From IMG/VR virus record IMGVR_UViG_3300022407_003597, positions 1-57,731 of that record: 57,731 nucleotides of DNA; one strand, given 5' to 3'. Of this stretch, positions 19,098 through 29,555 are shown piece after piece. Position 1 is the stretch's first letter; the number at the start of each line of letters is the position of its first letter. Both the position numbers and the translations under genes were made by a program. A model generated the notes under the pieces. That model searched no databases and was not told where the DNA came from. It saw nothing but the letters and a program-made list of their open reading frames with translations. This stretch comes from a virus (Duplodnaviria; Caudoviricetes).

Positions 19098-19298
19098 ATG
19101 CCCAAGCGCATTGTCAAACAGCCGGTGACGGTCTACCGTCAAGGCAAAGCCGTCTCGCCCAAAATCGGCGATCTCTTCGAGTTCACGGACAAGGAAGTTG
19201 CCGAGATCAGCAGCATGACGCCGAAGGCACTTGTCATGCCCAAGGGCGAAGCGGCCCCGGCCCCGGCCGTCGTTCCGAAGAAGGACGACAAGCTGTGA
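19098..19298 (+). CDS. Small head-associated protein, paralog B
   Basis: AAGGAA RBS; MPKR...VTVYR..K......FEFTD.E pattern. Confidence 0.8.
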   Translation: MPKRIVKQPVTVYRQGKAVSPKIGDLFEFTDKEVAEISSMTPKALVMPKGEAAPAPAVVPKKDDKL

Positions 19299-19642
19299 GC
19301 TTCGATTTCGCTTCTGCGCAAGCGAAGCTGCGCCGCAAGGTCCAAAAGACCTTCGGCGTTGCTGCTTTGTATTCGGACTCCTTGTTGATTGAACCTGTCG
19401 ATATCGTTGCCCGCTTCATCAATCCCAACAGCATGCAGGTTGGCGATTTGCAGAACGGTGGCTACGCACAGATCGAGCAGGGCAGTGAACAAGTAGCCTT
19501 AATCCATTCGGACTATCCTGATTTGGTGTTCAATCGAGGTGGGCGTGTAGAGCTTACAAGCCTGGGCTTCACTGTGATTTTGCAAGTGAAGATGGAGATT
19601 ACCGGACCTGTTGAGCAGATTTGGCAAGTGACCAGGGTATGA
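19295..19642 (+). CDS. Putative head-tail joining (stopper-like) protein
   Basis: Position, size, overlapping start/stop codons. Confidence 0.65.
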   Translation: MSFDFASAQAKLRRKVQKTFGVAALYSDSLLIEPVDIVARFINPNSMQVGDLQNGGYAQIEQGSEQVALIHSDYPDLVFNRGGRVELTSLGFTVILQVKMEITGPVEQIWQVTRV

Positions 19643-20223
19643 GTGTTCTTATTGCATCGCCTGATTTGAAGAAGATGGCTCAGATTTTCGATGCGTTCCC
19701 TGAGACGGCTGAGACAGCAATGGTCCTTGCCATCAACCAGGTTGCCGAACGTGACGGCATGGCGATCATGCAGAAGGACATGCAGCAACAAATTGATTTC
19801 CCTGCGGGCTATTTGAAAAGCAGGATGACGGTCAAGCGTAGAGCCACTAAAGGGTCAATGGAGGCTTTGATTTCAGGCAGGGATCGTGCAACCTCCCTCG
19901 CTCGATTTGCCGCAGGGCAGACGCCAAAAAACACAAGAGGGAGAGGGGTTCGGGTTCAATTGCGCGGTGGTCAGGTTCGTCATCTGCGCAGTTCATTCTT
20001 GGTCAATTTGAAGAACGGGAACACAGGTCTTGCAGTTCGGTTGAAGCCTGGTGAAAGTCTGCGCAACAGCGACAGTGCTGTGAAGTTGGCGAACAATCTC
20101 TATCTTCTTTACGGACCTTCCGTTGATCAGGTGTTTCGTGGTGTTGCCGAGTACCGGGCTCCTGAGATTGGAGAAATGGTGTCTCAGCAGTTTTTCCGAC
20201 AATTGATAAGGCTGTCCAAATGA
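19639..20223 (+). CDS. Putative neck/tail completion protein (gpZ-like)
   Basis: Basic protein with AIN..A, TSLARF, LYGPSVDQVF motifs. Confidence 0.75.
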   Translation: MSVLIASPDLKKMAQIFDAFPETAETAMVLAINQVAERDGMAIMQKDMQQQIDFPAGYLKSRMTVKRRATKGSMEALISGRDRATSLARFAAGQTPKNTRGRGVRVQLRGGQVRHLRSSFLVNLKNGNTGLAVRLKPGESLRNSDSAVKLANNLYLLYGPSVDQVFRGVAEYRAPEIGEMVSQQFFRQLIRLSK

Positions 20224-20729
20224 TCACCTCTTACCGTCTTGACGTTCTGTTGGCATTGACCGCTCTGTTGAAGCAGATCGTGCCTGTGGAAGATGAGCAC
20301 GATTTCGACTTGAGCAATGCCGTCTTTCGTGGCCGTGCATTTTTCGGTGCAGAGTCTCCTGACACCATGATTGCAATTCTCGAATCTCCGCGTCCCGACG
20401 TTGGTTCGACGGCCGGTGACAATGGGGAAGAGCGTTCTGAGCGTTGGCCTCTGCTCATTCAAGGTTGGACGACTGACGATCCGGCGAACCCAACCGACCC
20501 GTTGTACCTGTTGCTTCAGGTTGTCGAAGATCAATTGCAGAAGGTTGTCGAAACTCGTCCTGCGAGTGGGCTGCCTCTGTATCCCGAGGCATATATGCTC
20601 GGCAAGCGCGTGACAACGTTCACGTTCGGTCCTGGCGTGGTGCGCCCTCCTTCCGAGGGGGTTTCGTCCAAAGCGTTCTTCTACTTGCCTGTGTACGTTG
20701 GCCTGGTCAAGGCCAAGCGTGCAGGGTAG
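20220..20729 (+). CDS. Putative tail terminator protein
   Basis: VFRGR..FG, ILESP, NPTDP.Y, VVRPP motifs; directly before the major tail gene. Confidence 0.7.
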   Translation: MITSYRLDVLLALTALLKQIVPVEDEHDFDLSNAVFRGRAFFGAESPDTMIAILESPRPDVGSTAGDNGEERSERWPLLIQGWTTDDPANPTDPLYLLLQVVEDQLQKVVETRPASGLPLYPEAYMLGKRVTTFTFGPGVVRPPSEGVSSKAFFYLPVYVGLVKAKRAG

Positions 20730-20787
20730 GGTGGGCTTTGTGATAATTTGGCTTTCAACCTTTCTTTACTTCCTCTAGGAGTCAATC

Positions 20788-21606
20788 ATGCCCATCACAT
20801 CCGATCTCGGCGGCAAGAACTACACGCTCGGCCGTGGCCGCGTGTTCTTCGACCGTTTCCCCTCCAATGACGCCGTGACCGCATCGACGCGCGGGACCGG
20901 CGAACGCTACCTGGGCAACACGCCCGAGTTCAGCACCACGAGCGAGAGCGAAAACCTGGATCACTTCGACAGCGACAGCGGTGTGCGCGTCAAGGACGCA
21001 TCCGTGCAGCTCTCTCTGAACCGCACCGGCTCGTTCACCTGTGACAACGTGGATTCCGAGAACGTGGCGCTGTTCTTCCTGGGCTCGGCCAGCACCAAGT
21101 CGCAGGCTTCGGCTGATGACGCGGTCGAAACCCTCACCGTCCGCAAAGGTCTGTTCTACCAACTGGGCACGACCGAGAGCAATCCGTCCGGCGTGCGCAA
21201 GGTGAGCAGTGTGGTGGTCAAGAAGGGCACGCCTGGTTTCGCCGTCACCGTGACGGCCTCCGGAAACTACGAGGTCGACGAGGACCTGGGCCGTATCTTC
21301 ATCGATCCCGATTCGGCCGACATTCCCGATGACACCGTGATCCAGGTCACGTACGATGTGGCCGCGACCACGCGCAGCTACGTGGTGTCCTCCAGCGACT
21401 CCATCTACGGCGCGATTCGTTTCGTCTCCGACAACCCGCGTGGCACGAACCAGGACTACTTCTTCCCCTACGTGAAGCTGGCACCGGACGGCGACTACAA
21501 CCTCAAGGGCGAGGAATGGATGACCATGGGCTTCACCATGGAAATCCTGAAGAAGGCGTCCAACATCGAAGCGACCTATATCGACGGCCGTCCGGTCGCG
21601 GCATAA
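20788..21606 (+). CDS. Major tail tube protein
   Basis: NYTLGRG.VFF, ERYLGNTPEF, DNP.G...DY.FP.V.L.PDGD..LKG; strong codon bias. Confidence 0.88.
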   Translation: MPITSDLGGKNYTLGRGRVFFDRFPSNDAVTASTRGTGERYLGNTPEFSTTSESENLDHFDSDSGVRVKDASVQLSLNRTGSFTCDNVDSENVALFFLGSASTKSQASADDAVETLTVRKGLFYQLGTTESNPSGVRKVSSVVVKKGTPGFAVTVTASGNYEVDEDLGRIFIDPDSADIPDDTVIQVTYDVAATTRSYVVSSSDSIYGAIRFVSDNPRGTNQDYFFPYVKLAPDGDYNLKGEEWMTMGFTMEILKKASNIEATYIDGRPVAA

Positions 21607-21615
21607 GGGGACAAA

Positions 21616-22044
21616 ATGCCACTCTCAGACTTCACCCCTGAGAAGCGCAGCATTCAGATGAAGGGAGGCTCCTTTGACGTGGGGGGCCTCTCCCTTCAGG
21701 ATGTTGCGATTCTCGTTCGAGAACATCTCGACGATCTGCAAGCTCTTTTCGAATTGTTCGAGAAGGGCGGCACGACGGAACAGTTCAAGGCACTGATTCC
21801 GACCGTCGTTACCCAGGCACCTGGCTTTGTTGCCAATGTGATTGCGTTGGCAGCGGGCGAACCTGAAGGCGCGGACAACGCCATGCGCCTCCCGGCACCT
21901 GTGCAGATCGAGGCTGTCACACACGTTGTCGATCTGACCTTCGGAGATGTTGGCGGCATAAAAAAAGCCATGGAGCAAGTCACGGCGCTCCTGGGTCAGA
22001 ACCGTCTGAAGACTCTCTCGAAGACGACGATGAAGGGCCAGTAA
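21616..22044 (+). CDS. Tail assembly chaperone (gpG-like)
   Basis: Between major tail and tape measure genes; contains slippery A AAA AAA at 21960-21966. Confidence 0.85.
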   Translation: MPLSDFTPEKRSIQMKGGSFDVGGLSLQDVAILVREHLDDLQALFELFEKGGTTEQFKALIPTVVTQAPGFVANVIALAAGEPEGADNAMRLPAPVQIEAVTHVVDLTFGDVGGIKKAMEQVTALLGQNRLKTLSKTTMKGQ

Positions 22045-22283
22045 TCAGGCTCTATCGCGGGCTTCGCCGTGACGTGAGTTTGCTTCTTGAGTCGGGACAC
22101 CGCGAAGCCCGTCGTTACCCGCTGGGAATGATTTGGTCTGAGGTCAACATCATTCGCCAGCGTGCCGACATTCGGCGACGTAGAGACGCCGCTGTCATGC
22201 AGATGGTTGTCGGCTCTCTCCTTTCCAAGAAGGCAAGCAAGCAACTGAAAGAAATTCTGGAAAAGGTGAGCCAAAGTGATTGA
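21960..22283 (+). CDS. Tail assembly chaperone -1 frameshift extension (gpT-like part)
   Basis: The -1 frame is open from the slippery heptamer through ORF 22074..22283 (LL..GH..A..YPLG). Confidence 0.8.
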   Translation, partial: KKSHGASHGAPGSEPSEDSLEDDDEGPVIRLYRGLRRDVSLLLESGHREARRYPLGMIWSEVNIIRQRADIRRRRDAAVMQMVVGSLLSKKASKQLKEILEKVSQSD

Positions 22284-25200
22284 CGTTAAAGAAGTCCTGC
22301 TGCGCGTCACCTCTCAGATCAAAGGCCAGAAGGAGCTGTCGGGGATCGCCAAGAGCCTCGAAGAGATCGCATCGGCCATCGATACACAAACTGCCGCTGC
22401 CAAGCGCGGTGAGCAGTCAATCGACTCGCTCAAGGCGTCTGAGGCTGCACTGCTTGAGGTGCAGCGCGGCCTTGAGGACAACACCAGGGTCATCAATGCC
22501 TTCCAGCGTCTGGACGGGCAAATCCTCAAAGCCCAAGAGCGCGCCGTGGCTGCTGCAACGGCCTACGAGACGTACCGCAAGAAGATTGACGAGACTGGCG
22601 GCGCTACGGACGCGCAGAACGTCAAGTTGGACAGCCTATCGGCCAAGTCCGAACGTGCGGCCCAACGTGTGGCATTGCTGCAGAAAGAGCAAGGTAATCT
22701 CGCTAAGCAGTTGAAGGACTCTGGCGTTGCGACTGACAACTTCGCTGAGTCTGAAGCACGCATCCTTGACCTATTTGCTCGCTATGGCAACGAGCTGACC
22801 AAAGTCCGTGGCGCAATTCGCAGCTACGGCGATGACGTTCGCCGCGCCCGTGATGCTGAACGTGAGCTGGGTGCCGAGCAGGCGCTGCAGAAGAAGCTGG
22901 TAGACGCGGCAAGTCTTGCGAAGGCGCATGACTACGTTCAATTCTGGACAGAAGCCCTCGAAGCTGCTGACCGTGCTGAGACACAGGCCGCTACAAATCG
23001 CGGTCTTCTCAAGATCGCAAATGACGCCAAGACCGCTGCCACCGCGTATAGCAGTCTGGCTCGCGCATCGAACAATCTTCGCCCTGGCGTGCAGAGTTTG
23101 CGAGATGCGGTCAATTCGCTTATCGATCCGACGAGTAAGGTCACTGGCAACTTCGCTTCCATGGAGAAGGAAGTCGAGGACCTTACCAAGTCGGTATCTG
23201 CCATCAATGGCCCTGTTGAGAATTATCGAGCTACCCTCAGTCGGCTTGAGGTGACACAGAAGGCCATCGTTTCTCAAAGCAGCTTGGTCGACAATTTGAA
23301 TTCTCAAGTTGTGGCATTGCGTGCAGCACGAAGTGAATACACGACCGCGCGCACTGAGGTTGCTCGCTATGCGGCAGCAGTGGCCCAGGGCGGTGAGGCC
23401 GGTCAGAGCTTCGTCCGATCGCTTGCTGACGCGCAGAAGCGTGCCAGTGCTGCGGCATCCGCCCTCGGGCAACAGATCGGCCGAACTCGTGAAGCTCGTA
23501 ATGCAGCGCGTGAGGCTGGTATTGCGACGAATGCTTTGGCTGATGCTCAGGAACGCCTGACGCGTTCTGCCAAGACCAGCACTTCCAACGTAACATCGTT
23601 GGCTGCTGCAATGAAGAAGTACGGGAAAGCAGCCAACGACGCTAATGAAGCAAACGGTCGTGGGCGCACCACACTTGATCTTTACCAACGGATTCGCGGC
23701 CAGATTCTTTCGGTGACAGCGGCCTACGTTGGTCTATTCGGTGCCATTCGAGAAGTCAATCAAGTCATCCAGGCGTCTAACGATCGTCAGGCAATTCGGA
23801 ATCAACTGGCTATCTCTGTCGGCAGTGACCGTGATGCCATCGACGCTGAGTACGCTTACATCAAAGGACAGAGCGATCGTATTGGTTTGGAATTCGACCG
23901 TACGGCACGCGGCTATGCCAAGTTTGCAGCATCGGCGACTTTGGCCGGACGGGCACGTCAGGAGATTCGCTACATCTTCGAGACGTTTGCTGAAGTTGGT
24001 CGTGTAGCCAACCTTAGCACCGATGACCTAGATGGGGTGCTGAAAGCCCTTGAGCAGATCATGTCCAAGGGTTCCATCCAGGCGGAAGAACTGCGCGGCC
24101 AGTTGGGTGATCGCTTGTTTGGTGCTTTCCAAGTTGCAGCCAAGGCTCTGGAGGACCAATTCCCGAATCTCAGCAAGGCCCTCGAACAAGGTCAAGTCTC
24201 GGCCAACAATCTGTTGCTGATTGCTGAGAAATACCGTTCGATGGTTGGCGATCAACTGCCGAGTGCAGTCACCTCGCTTGTGGCTCAACAGGCACGCTTG
24301 AACAATTCACTATTCGAGTTTCGTCTTGCAGTTGGTGACAGCGGCTTTCTCGACTCGTTCACCGAGGCGATTGTTCTGCTGACCAATTTCTTCAAAAGCG
24401 ACGATGGGAAGAAGTTCGCAAATGAACTCGGCAATGCATTCAAGGCGTTTACCGACACGTTGATCGTTGCTTTGAAGAACCTGGAGGCCGTGAAGACGGT
24501 CTTGGTCGCCATTGCAGCGATAGCCGGTGCTCTGTTCTTGCGCCGCCTGGGCAAAGACCTTCTTGGCATGGCGGCGGATGTTCGTACCAGCTATACCCGC
24601 ATAGCTGCTTACCTGGCAGGTTTGCTTGAACGTGTGCAGACTTTGGCTCGGGTGTTTCCGGTTGCTGCCAAGTTGATCGTTCGTTTTCTTGGGGTTATCG
24701 GTCTTGCGATTGCCGCGTGGCAACTCGGTTCGTGGATCATGGAGAAGTTTGACGACGTGAAAACGGCGCTGACTTACTTCAAGACGTGGCTTGACGAAGC
24801 CATTCTTTGGATCACTGGCGGTGTTGAACTTGCGTCGACGGCCATCGCAACGATGATCGTCAATGCCTTCAAGTTTCTCTACAACTCAGTCGCCAACGTG
24901 TTGAAGCGCATCTTGACAGTGCTCGCCTCGTTTGCGTTTGCCGTTGGCGCAACACCGATGGGCAATGCGTTGAAGACGATTGCCGATTCGTTGGAGGTCA
25001 GTTACGAGAGCATCTACGACGCCACCAAGACGGCGCGTGAGCGCATGGAGAAGGAACTACGAGAGATTCGCCGAGTTCGGGCAGAGGCGCTAGGAATGAG
25101 TGAGGACATGAGCCGGACTGCAACCCAGGCTGATGTTCGTCGTATCGACAATCAAATCGCACTGTCCAATCCAACTGCCATTCCGCCTTTCGTTCCGACA

Positions 25201-26694
25201 ACCCCGCAAGGTGCCAGTGACGCCGATCTGGAGAAGAAGCGCCGTGCGGTGGAAGACATTCGCCGCTCACTCGAAGCCTTGGAAGCGAAGATCAACCGTT
25301 CGCAGACCGACAGTCTTGACGCGCAATTGAAGGCTATCGATCTTCAGTACCTGACGCTCGGTCGCAGGATCGATCGCTTCGGAAAGTTGTTCGGTCGGGC
25401 TGAGGCGGTTGAGTTCGCAACCCAACTGACCGCACTGACCAACGAGCTTCGCGCTGTGACGATTGAGCGTTTCAACAAGGACCTTGCCGATCAAACTGAG
25501 CAAATGCTTGACCGCGTTGAGAGTGTTGAGTCAGCAGCAGGTAAGAAGCAACTGAACAACTTGGAAGTTCGTCAAGCTGCCATTCGTAAGCAGTACGAGA
25601 GCTATTTCCGCGAGTTGAATGCTCTGTGGATTACCTTCATCGATAACGGCCTCGATACAACGCCGTTGATCGCCATGCACGCCCGTCTTGAGGCTGCCGT
25701 TGGTGAGCTGCAAAAGGCAGAAGCACTCAACGATTCGCGCAACGAGCTGGAGAACCGTGAGAAGCGCTTGAATCAGATTCTTGCAGTCCGTACGGCGCAG
25801 ATCGAGGTCATCAATGCAAAGCGTGAAACTGGTGCCATCAACGATGTTGAAGCAGCGAAGGAAATCAATCGGATCAACCGCGAGTCGATTCCTGTCATCC
25901 AGGACGCCTACGAGGCAACGCGGCAGTGGGCCATCGTGCACAAGGAGGTGTTTGCCAATGAAGAGGACTTCCAACTTTTCATGGCTAACCTTGAGGCCAT
26001 TCGACTGAAGGCCCAACAGGTCAAGACCGAGTTCACTGAGATGCAATTGATCGTCGGTTCACTCGGTGCTGGGGCCATCAACGAAGGTTTGGGCAGTGTC
26101 TATGACAACCTGCAGAAGGTCTACCAGGGCCAGATGAGCATGCGTGAGGGTTGGAATGCGATTGGCGAGGCGTTCCAAGAGTTCGCTGCTCAGTTCCTTC
26201 GTGATCTTGCCATCATGATGGCGCGCTTGGCGATCTTCCGAGCGATGCAAAACAGCGGCAACCCTTGGTTGGCTGCTGTTGGCAATGCAGGCGCTGCAGG
26301 ATCAGGCGGTGGAAACGCGCAAGTCAAGCACTCAGGTGGTATTGTTGGCGGCACATCCAATCGCACTCGTGCATTGAACTTCAACCCGTCCAACTACACC
26401 ATTCCGCGCTACCACTCGGGTGGCCTTCCTGGTATCAACTCGTCGGAGGTGCTGACGATCCTTGAGAAGGGAGAAGAGGTTCTGGATAAGGAGAGCCCGC
26501 GTAACGCTCTCAATGGTGGTTTGCAGAACATGATGCAGGGCGGCAGCGCATCGGGCTCTAAGTCTCAGCGCATCGTCCTTGTTGACGATCGTTCTAAGAT
26601 TCCCGAGGCGATGGCTGGCGCTGAAGGCGACCAGGTGATCATCCAAAGCGTCCGTCGCAATCTGCCGACGTTCAAGCAACTGTTGGGAGGCTAA
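22276..26694 (+). CDS. Tail tape measure protein
   Basis: 1472 aa, Ala-rich helical; QIMSKG.IQAEELRGQLGDRL domain; central hydrophobic segments; C-terminal HSGG motifs. Confidence 0.93.
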   Translation: MIDVKEVLLRVTSQIKGQKELSGIAKSLEEIASAIDTQTAAAKRGEQSIDSLKASEAALLEVQRGLEDNTRVINAFQRLDGQILKAQERAVAAATAYETYRKKIDETGGATDAQNVKLDSLSAKSERAAQRVALLQKEQGNLAKQLKDSGVATDNFAESEARILDLFARYGNELTKVRGAIRSYGDDVRRARDAERELGAEQALQKKLVDAASLAKAHDYVQFWTEALEAADRAETQAATNRGLLKIANDAKTAATAYSSLARASNNLRPGVQSLRDAVNSLIDPTSKVTGNFASMEKEVEDLTKSVSAINGPVENYRATLSRLEVTQKAIVSQSSLVDNLNSQVVALRAARSEYTTARTEVARYAAAVAQGGEAGQSFVRSLADAQKRASAAASALGQQIGRTREARNAAREAGIATNALADAQERLTRSAKTSTSNVTSLAAAMKKYGKAANDANEANGRGRTTLDLYQRIRGQILSVTAAYVGLFGAIREVNQVIQASNDRQAIRNQLAISVGSDRDAIDAEYAYIKGQSDRIGLEFDRTARGYAKFAASATLAGRARQEIRYIFETFAEVGRVANLSTDDLDGVLKALEQIMSKGSIQAEELRGQLGDRLFGAFQVAAKALEDQFPNLSKALEQGQVSANNLLLIAEKYRSMVGDQLPSAVTSLVAQQARLNNSLFEFRLAVGDSGFLDSFTEAIVLLTNFFKSDDGKKFANELGNAFKAFTDTLIVALKNLEAVKTVLVAIAAIAGALFLRRLGKDLLGMAADVRTSYTRIAAYLAGLLERVQTLARVFPVAAKLIVRFLGVIGLAIAAWQLGSWIMEKFDDVKTALTYFKTWLDEAILWITGGVELASTAIATMIVNAFKFLYNSVANVLKRILTVLASFAFAVGATPMGNALKTIADSLEVSYESIYDATKTARERMEKELREIRRVRAEALGMSEDMSRTATQADVRRIDNQIALSNPTAIPPFVPTTPQGASDADLEKKRRAVEDIRRSLEALEAKINRSQTDSLDAQLKAIDLQYLTLGRRIDRFGKLFGRAEAVEFATQLTALTNELRAVTIERFNKDLADQTEQMLDRVESVESAAGKKQLNNLEVRQAAIRKQYESYFRELNALWITFIDNGLDTTPLIAMHARLEAAVGELQKAEALNDSRNELENREKRLNQILAVRTAQIEVINAKRETGAINDVEAAKEINRINRESIPVIQDAYEATRQWAIVHKEVFANEEDFQLFMANLEAIRLKAQQVKTEFTEMQLIVGSLGAGAINEGLGSVYDNLQKVYQGQMSMREGWNAIGEAFQEFAAQFLRDLAIMMARLAIFRAMQNSGNPWLAAVGNAGAAGSGGGNAQVKHSGGIVGGTSNRTRALNFNPSNYTIPRYHSGGLPGINSSEVLTILEKGEEVLDKESPRNALNGGLQNMMQGGSASGSKSQRIVLVDDRSKIPEAMAGAEGDQVIIQSVRRNLPTFKQLLGG

Positions 26695-26696
26695 GC

Positions 26697-28475
26697 GTGG
26701 CTTCCCAAGTTTATGAATCTGCGATCCCATCTCCATATGGCGAAGAATTCGTCAACGGGGAGATGGCCTTGTCGCCTTCGGAAATCCCCTCAGACACACC
26801 TATCGGAACTCACTACCTGTCGACTCGCCGCGTTTTCAAGTCAGGCGTTTACAACATCAAGGCTTGGATTTATCCAGCAGGCACATTGACGATTGACGGT
26901 GTGACGTTGAACAGCATCAATGGGTTGTTGAAGACGCAGATCAACGTGCCTGCCGGTGAGCAACGTATTGACGTGACCTTGACCAAGAGCACTGAAGGAC
27001 AGGCGTGCTTCGTTGCATTCCTGCTGTTCTATGCCGATCTATCGATCTACGCATCACGGGCAGAAGGCTGGGTGACAGACACTTCGGTTGTTCTTGAGAA
27101 CGAATTGCCGGAAGCCGAAGACCCAAGATTCACCATGAGTGTTTTTCCGTTTACACCCAACTGGGAAAACGGAATTTCGGAACGCTTCACCTACCTGACC
27201 AATGTCATGGTCAGTGAGAGTGGTGCAGAGCAACGCCGCGCCATGCGTGTCTACCCGCGCCGCTCGATCGAAGCCGACTTCTTGCGCGCCAGTATGCAGC
27301 GGTCAAGGCTGGATGCGTTCTTTACTGGTGTCGGATACAAGGAGTTCCTGCTGCCGCTTTGGCATGAGCAGTTCTATTCGACAGACCCTGTGGTCGAGCT
27401 TGAGACACATCACTTCTACACCGTCACGGGTGACACGCTGGATAAGCGTGAGATCGAGGTTGGCACCATCATTCTCATCACCCAGGGCAATCCGCTTGAA
27501 TACGACCTGTGCCTTGTCGGCGGTATCAACCTTGAGACTGGCATGGTGGCATGGGATACCAACCATCGGCCGACACGATTCTGGCCTGCCGGATCGACCA
27601 AGCTGATCCCTGTCGTTCGTGCCTTGCTGGCTGAGAAGACGACGATGAACAACCCGAATGACAGCGTTGGACAGATCAGTCTTCGATTCGATGTGATGGA
27701 GCCGATGAAGTTCTTTTCACATGACTGGAATGAACGGATACCGCTTTTTTCCTTCAAGGCGGACTACCAGACTCCCATTGAGATTGGTTACGACAGATAC
27801 GTGCACGTCCTGGACAATGACGTAGCGATGCCTGAGTACACGGAGCCGGTAAGCCGAGCCATCACGTCTGAGCGTGGTGGCTTCAAGTTCTTCGGTCGTG
27901 ACCAGATGATTGCGTTTCGCAAGTTCATCAGCGGGGCTCGTGGTCGTGCGTTGAACTTCTACGTGCCAACCTACACTCATGATCTGGTCCCTGTGTATCC
28001 ATACGATCTCGGTGGCACGGTTTTCCTTGAGATCAAGCACATCGGTTTCTTGGAGATGATGCCGAACCCGCAATGGGTTCGCAAGATCATTGCAATCGTG
28101 CCAGACGATGGGTCTGAAGTGATCTACCGTGTGATCCTTGGTGTCGATGAGCAGGAAACAGAGCAAGGCGAGAAGATTGAACGTCTTCAGCTCGACGAGC
28201 CGTTGCCGTCCATCCTTGGTAGTCGCATTAAGCGAATCCAGTTCCTGGTCTACGCTCGTTTCGACCAGGATGGCTTTGAACTGAAGCACCACGTTGACAA
28301 CTCTGCTGTTCTACAAACGTCTCTCAGCTTTGTTTCTGTCCCGAACGTCAACGATTTCGACGGCATTGAGTTTGTCACTGATGATGAGGGGACTTGGTTG
28401 AAGATTCTCTATAGCTGGAGAAACTGGGAAGACGTGAGCTGGAGTCAGCTCGAAGATGAATCTTGGGAGCTTTGA
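26697..28475 (+). CDS. Distal tail / virion structural protein
   Basis: Follows TMP; PNW..GI.ER..YLT.V..SESG.EQRR..R..PRR motif. Confidence 0.8.
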   Translation: MASQVYESAIPSPYGEEFVNGEMALSPSEIPSDTPIGTHYLSTRRVFKSGVYNIKAWIYPAGTLTIDGVTLNSINGLLKTQINVPAGEQRIDVTLTKSTEGQACFVAFLLFYADLSIYASRAEGWVTDTSVVLENELPEAEDPRFTMSVFPFTPNWENGISERFTYLTNVMVSESGAEQRRAMRVYPRRSIEADFLRASMQRSRLDAFFTGVGYKEFLLPLWHEQFYSTDPVVELETHHFYTVTGDTLDKREIEVGTIILITQGNPLEYDLCLVGGINLETGMVAWDTNHRPTRFWPAGSTKLIPVVRALLAEKTTMNNPNDSVGQISLRFDVMEPMKFFSHDWNERIPLFSFKADYQTPIEIGYDRYVHVLDNDVAMPEYTEPVSRAITSERGGFKFFGRDQMIAFRKFISGARGRALNFYVPTYTHDLVPVYPYDLGGTVFLEIKHIGFLEMMPNPQWVRKIIAIVPDDGSEVIYRVILGVDEQETEQGEKIERLQLDEPLPSILGSRIKRIQFLVYARFDQDGFELKHHVDNSAVLQTSLSFVSVPNVNDFDGIEFVTDDEGTWLKILYSWRNWEDVSWSQLEDESWEL

Positions 28476-28476
28476 A

Positions 28477-29298
28477 ATGCCACTTGACGAATACGAAGAC
28501 TCACTGGGCCAAGCCCGCCCGCTTTACTTCTATCTGTTCACGTTGAACGGAAAGCAGTGGAGGTACGTGTCAGCTCAAGAAGGCATCACGTTGGAAATCG
28601 ACGGCCACTACTGGGAACCGATGCCTATCTCGCACAACGGTATCAAGCAAAGTGGAGACACTGTGTCCGATGCTTTGGAGATTGAATGCCCGCGCAGTGT
28701 TGCACCTGTTCAACTGTTCAACTTGCGTGCTCCATCGTCCATGATCGGAGTTCGCATTTTTCACAAAGACGCTTCCGACAATGAGATGGCTACCGTCTTT
28801 GTCGGTGAGGTGATTCAGATCAATGCTACTGCCCCAGGTGCAGCCAAGATCACATGCGAAACTTTGAGTGCCACCTTCAAACGAACAGGTCTTCGTTTGT
28901 CGTGGCAACGTGCGTGCCCGTATGCCCTTTACGATCTGAACACCTGCAAGATCGACAAGTCTGTCTACATGATTCAACGGACAATAACGTCTGTGAATGG
29001 CTTCCTGATCCAACTATCGGGTGCCAATCTCACTTCCAATTTTATTGGCGGTTTCATCGAATGGGTTCATCCGGTTAAAGGCACTGAATTTTTGACCATT
29101 GAGGATATCAATTCGTCCCAAATTCTGATGTTCGGAGACACGGTTGATCTGTACGCCGGTTTGCAGATCAAAGCCTATCCAGGTTGTGCCAGGACGCCGG
29201 CAGCATGCCAAGGTTTCAACAACTACGACAACTACGGTGGCATACCCAACATGCCTGGCAAGTCGCCATTCGACGGTGTTGACAGCCCTGTGTTTTAA
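28477..29298 (+). CDS. Tail tip assembly protein (DUF2163/BR0599-like, Cys-containing)
   Basis: WQR.CPYALYD...C, YPGC.RT...C..FNN..NYGG.P..P.KSPF. Confidence 0.85.
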   Translation: MPLDEYEDSLGQARPLYFYLFTLNGKQWRYVSAQEGITLEIDGHYWEPMPISHNGIKQSGDTVSDALEIECPRSVAPVQLFNLRAPSSMIGVRIFHKDASDNEMATVFVGEVIQINATAPGAAKITCETLSATFKRTGLRLSWQRACPYALYDLNTCKIDKSVYMIQRTITSVNGFLIQLSGANLTSNFIGGFIEWVHPVKGTEFLTIEDINSSQILMFGDTVDLYAGLQIKAYPGCARTPAACQGFNNYDNYGGIPNMPGKSPFDGVDSPVF

Positions 29299-29309
29299 GG
29301 AGATTCATC

Positions 29310-29555
29310 ATGGGTTACGAGTATTTCATATGGATGGTCGTTGCGTGGATCGTCAGCTACGCAATCACCCCTCGTCCGAAAGGACCTGACGACGCAGCCC
29401 GACAATCCTTTGATGAGATTGACTTCCCTCGGGCTGAAGAGGGCACACCCCAGGCCGTTACGTTCGGTGAATGCTGGACGCCAGACTGGTGTGTTCTCGC
29501 TGTTGGCGACTACAGAACCACGTCGATCGTGAAGCGCGGTGGAGGCAAAAAGTGA
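29310..29555 (+). CDS. Small tail assembly protein
   Basis: Hydrophobic N-terminus, DFP.AEEGTPQ.V.FG, ends GGGKK. Confidence 0.8.
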   Translation: MGYEYFIWMVVAWIVSYAITPRPKGPDDAARQSFDEIDFPRAEEGTPQAVTFGECWTPDWCVLAVGDYRTTSIVKRGGGKK

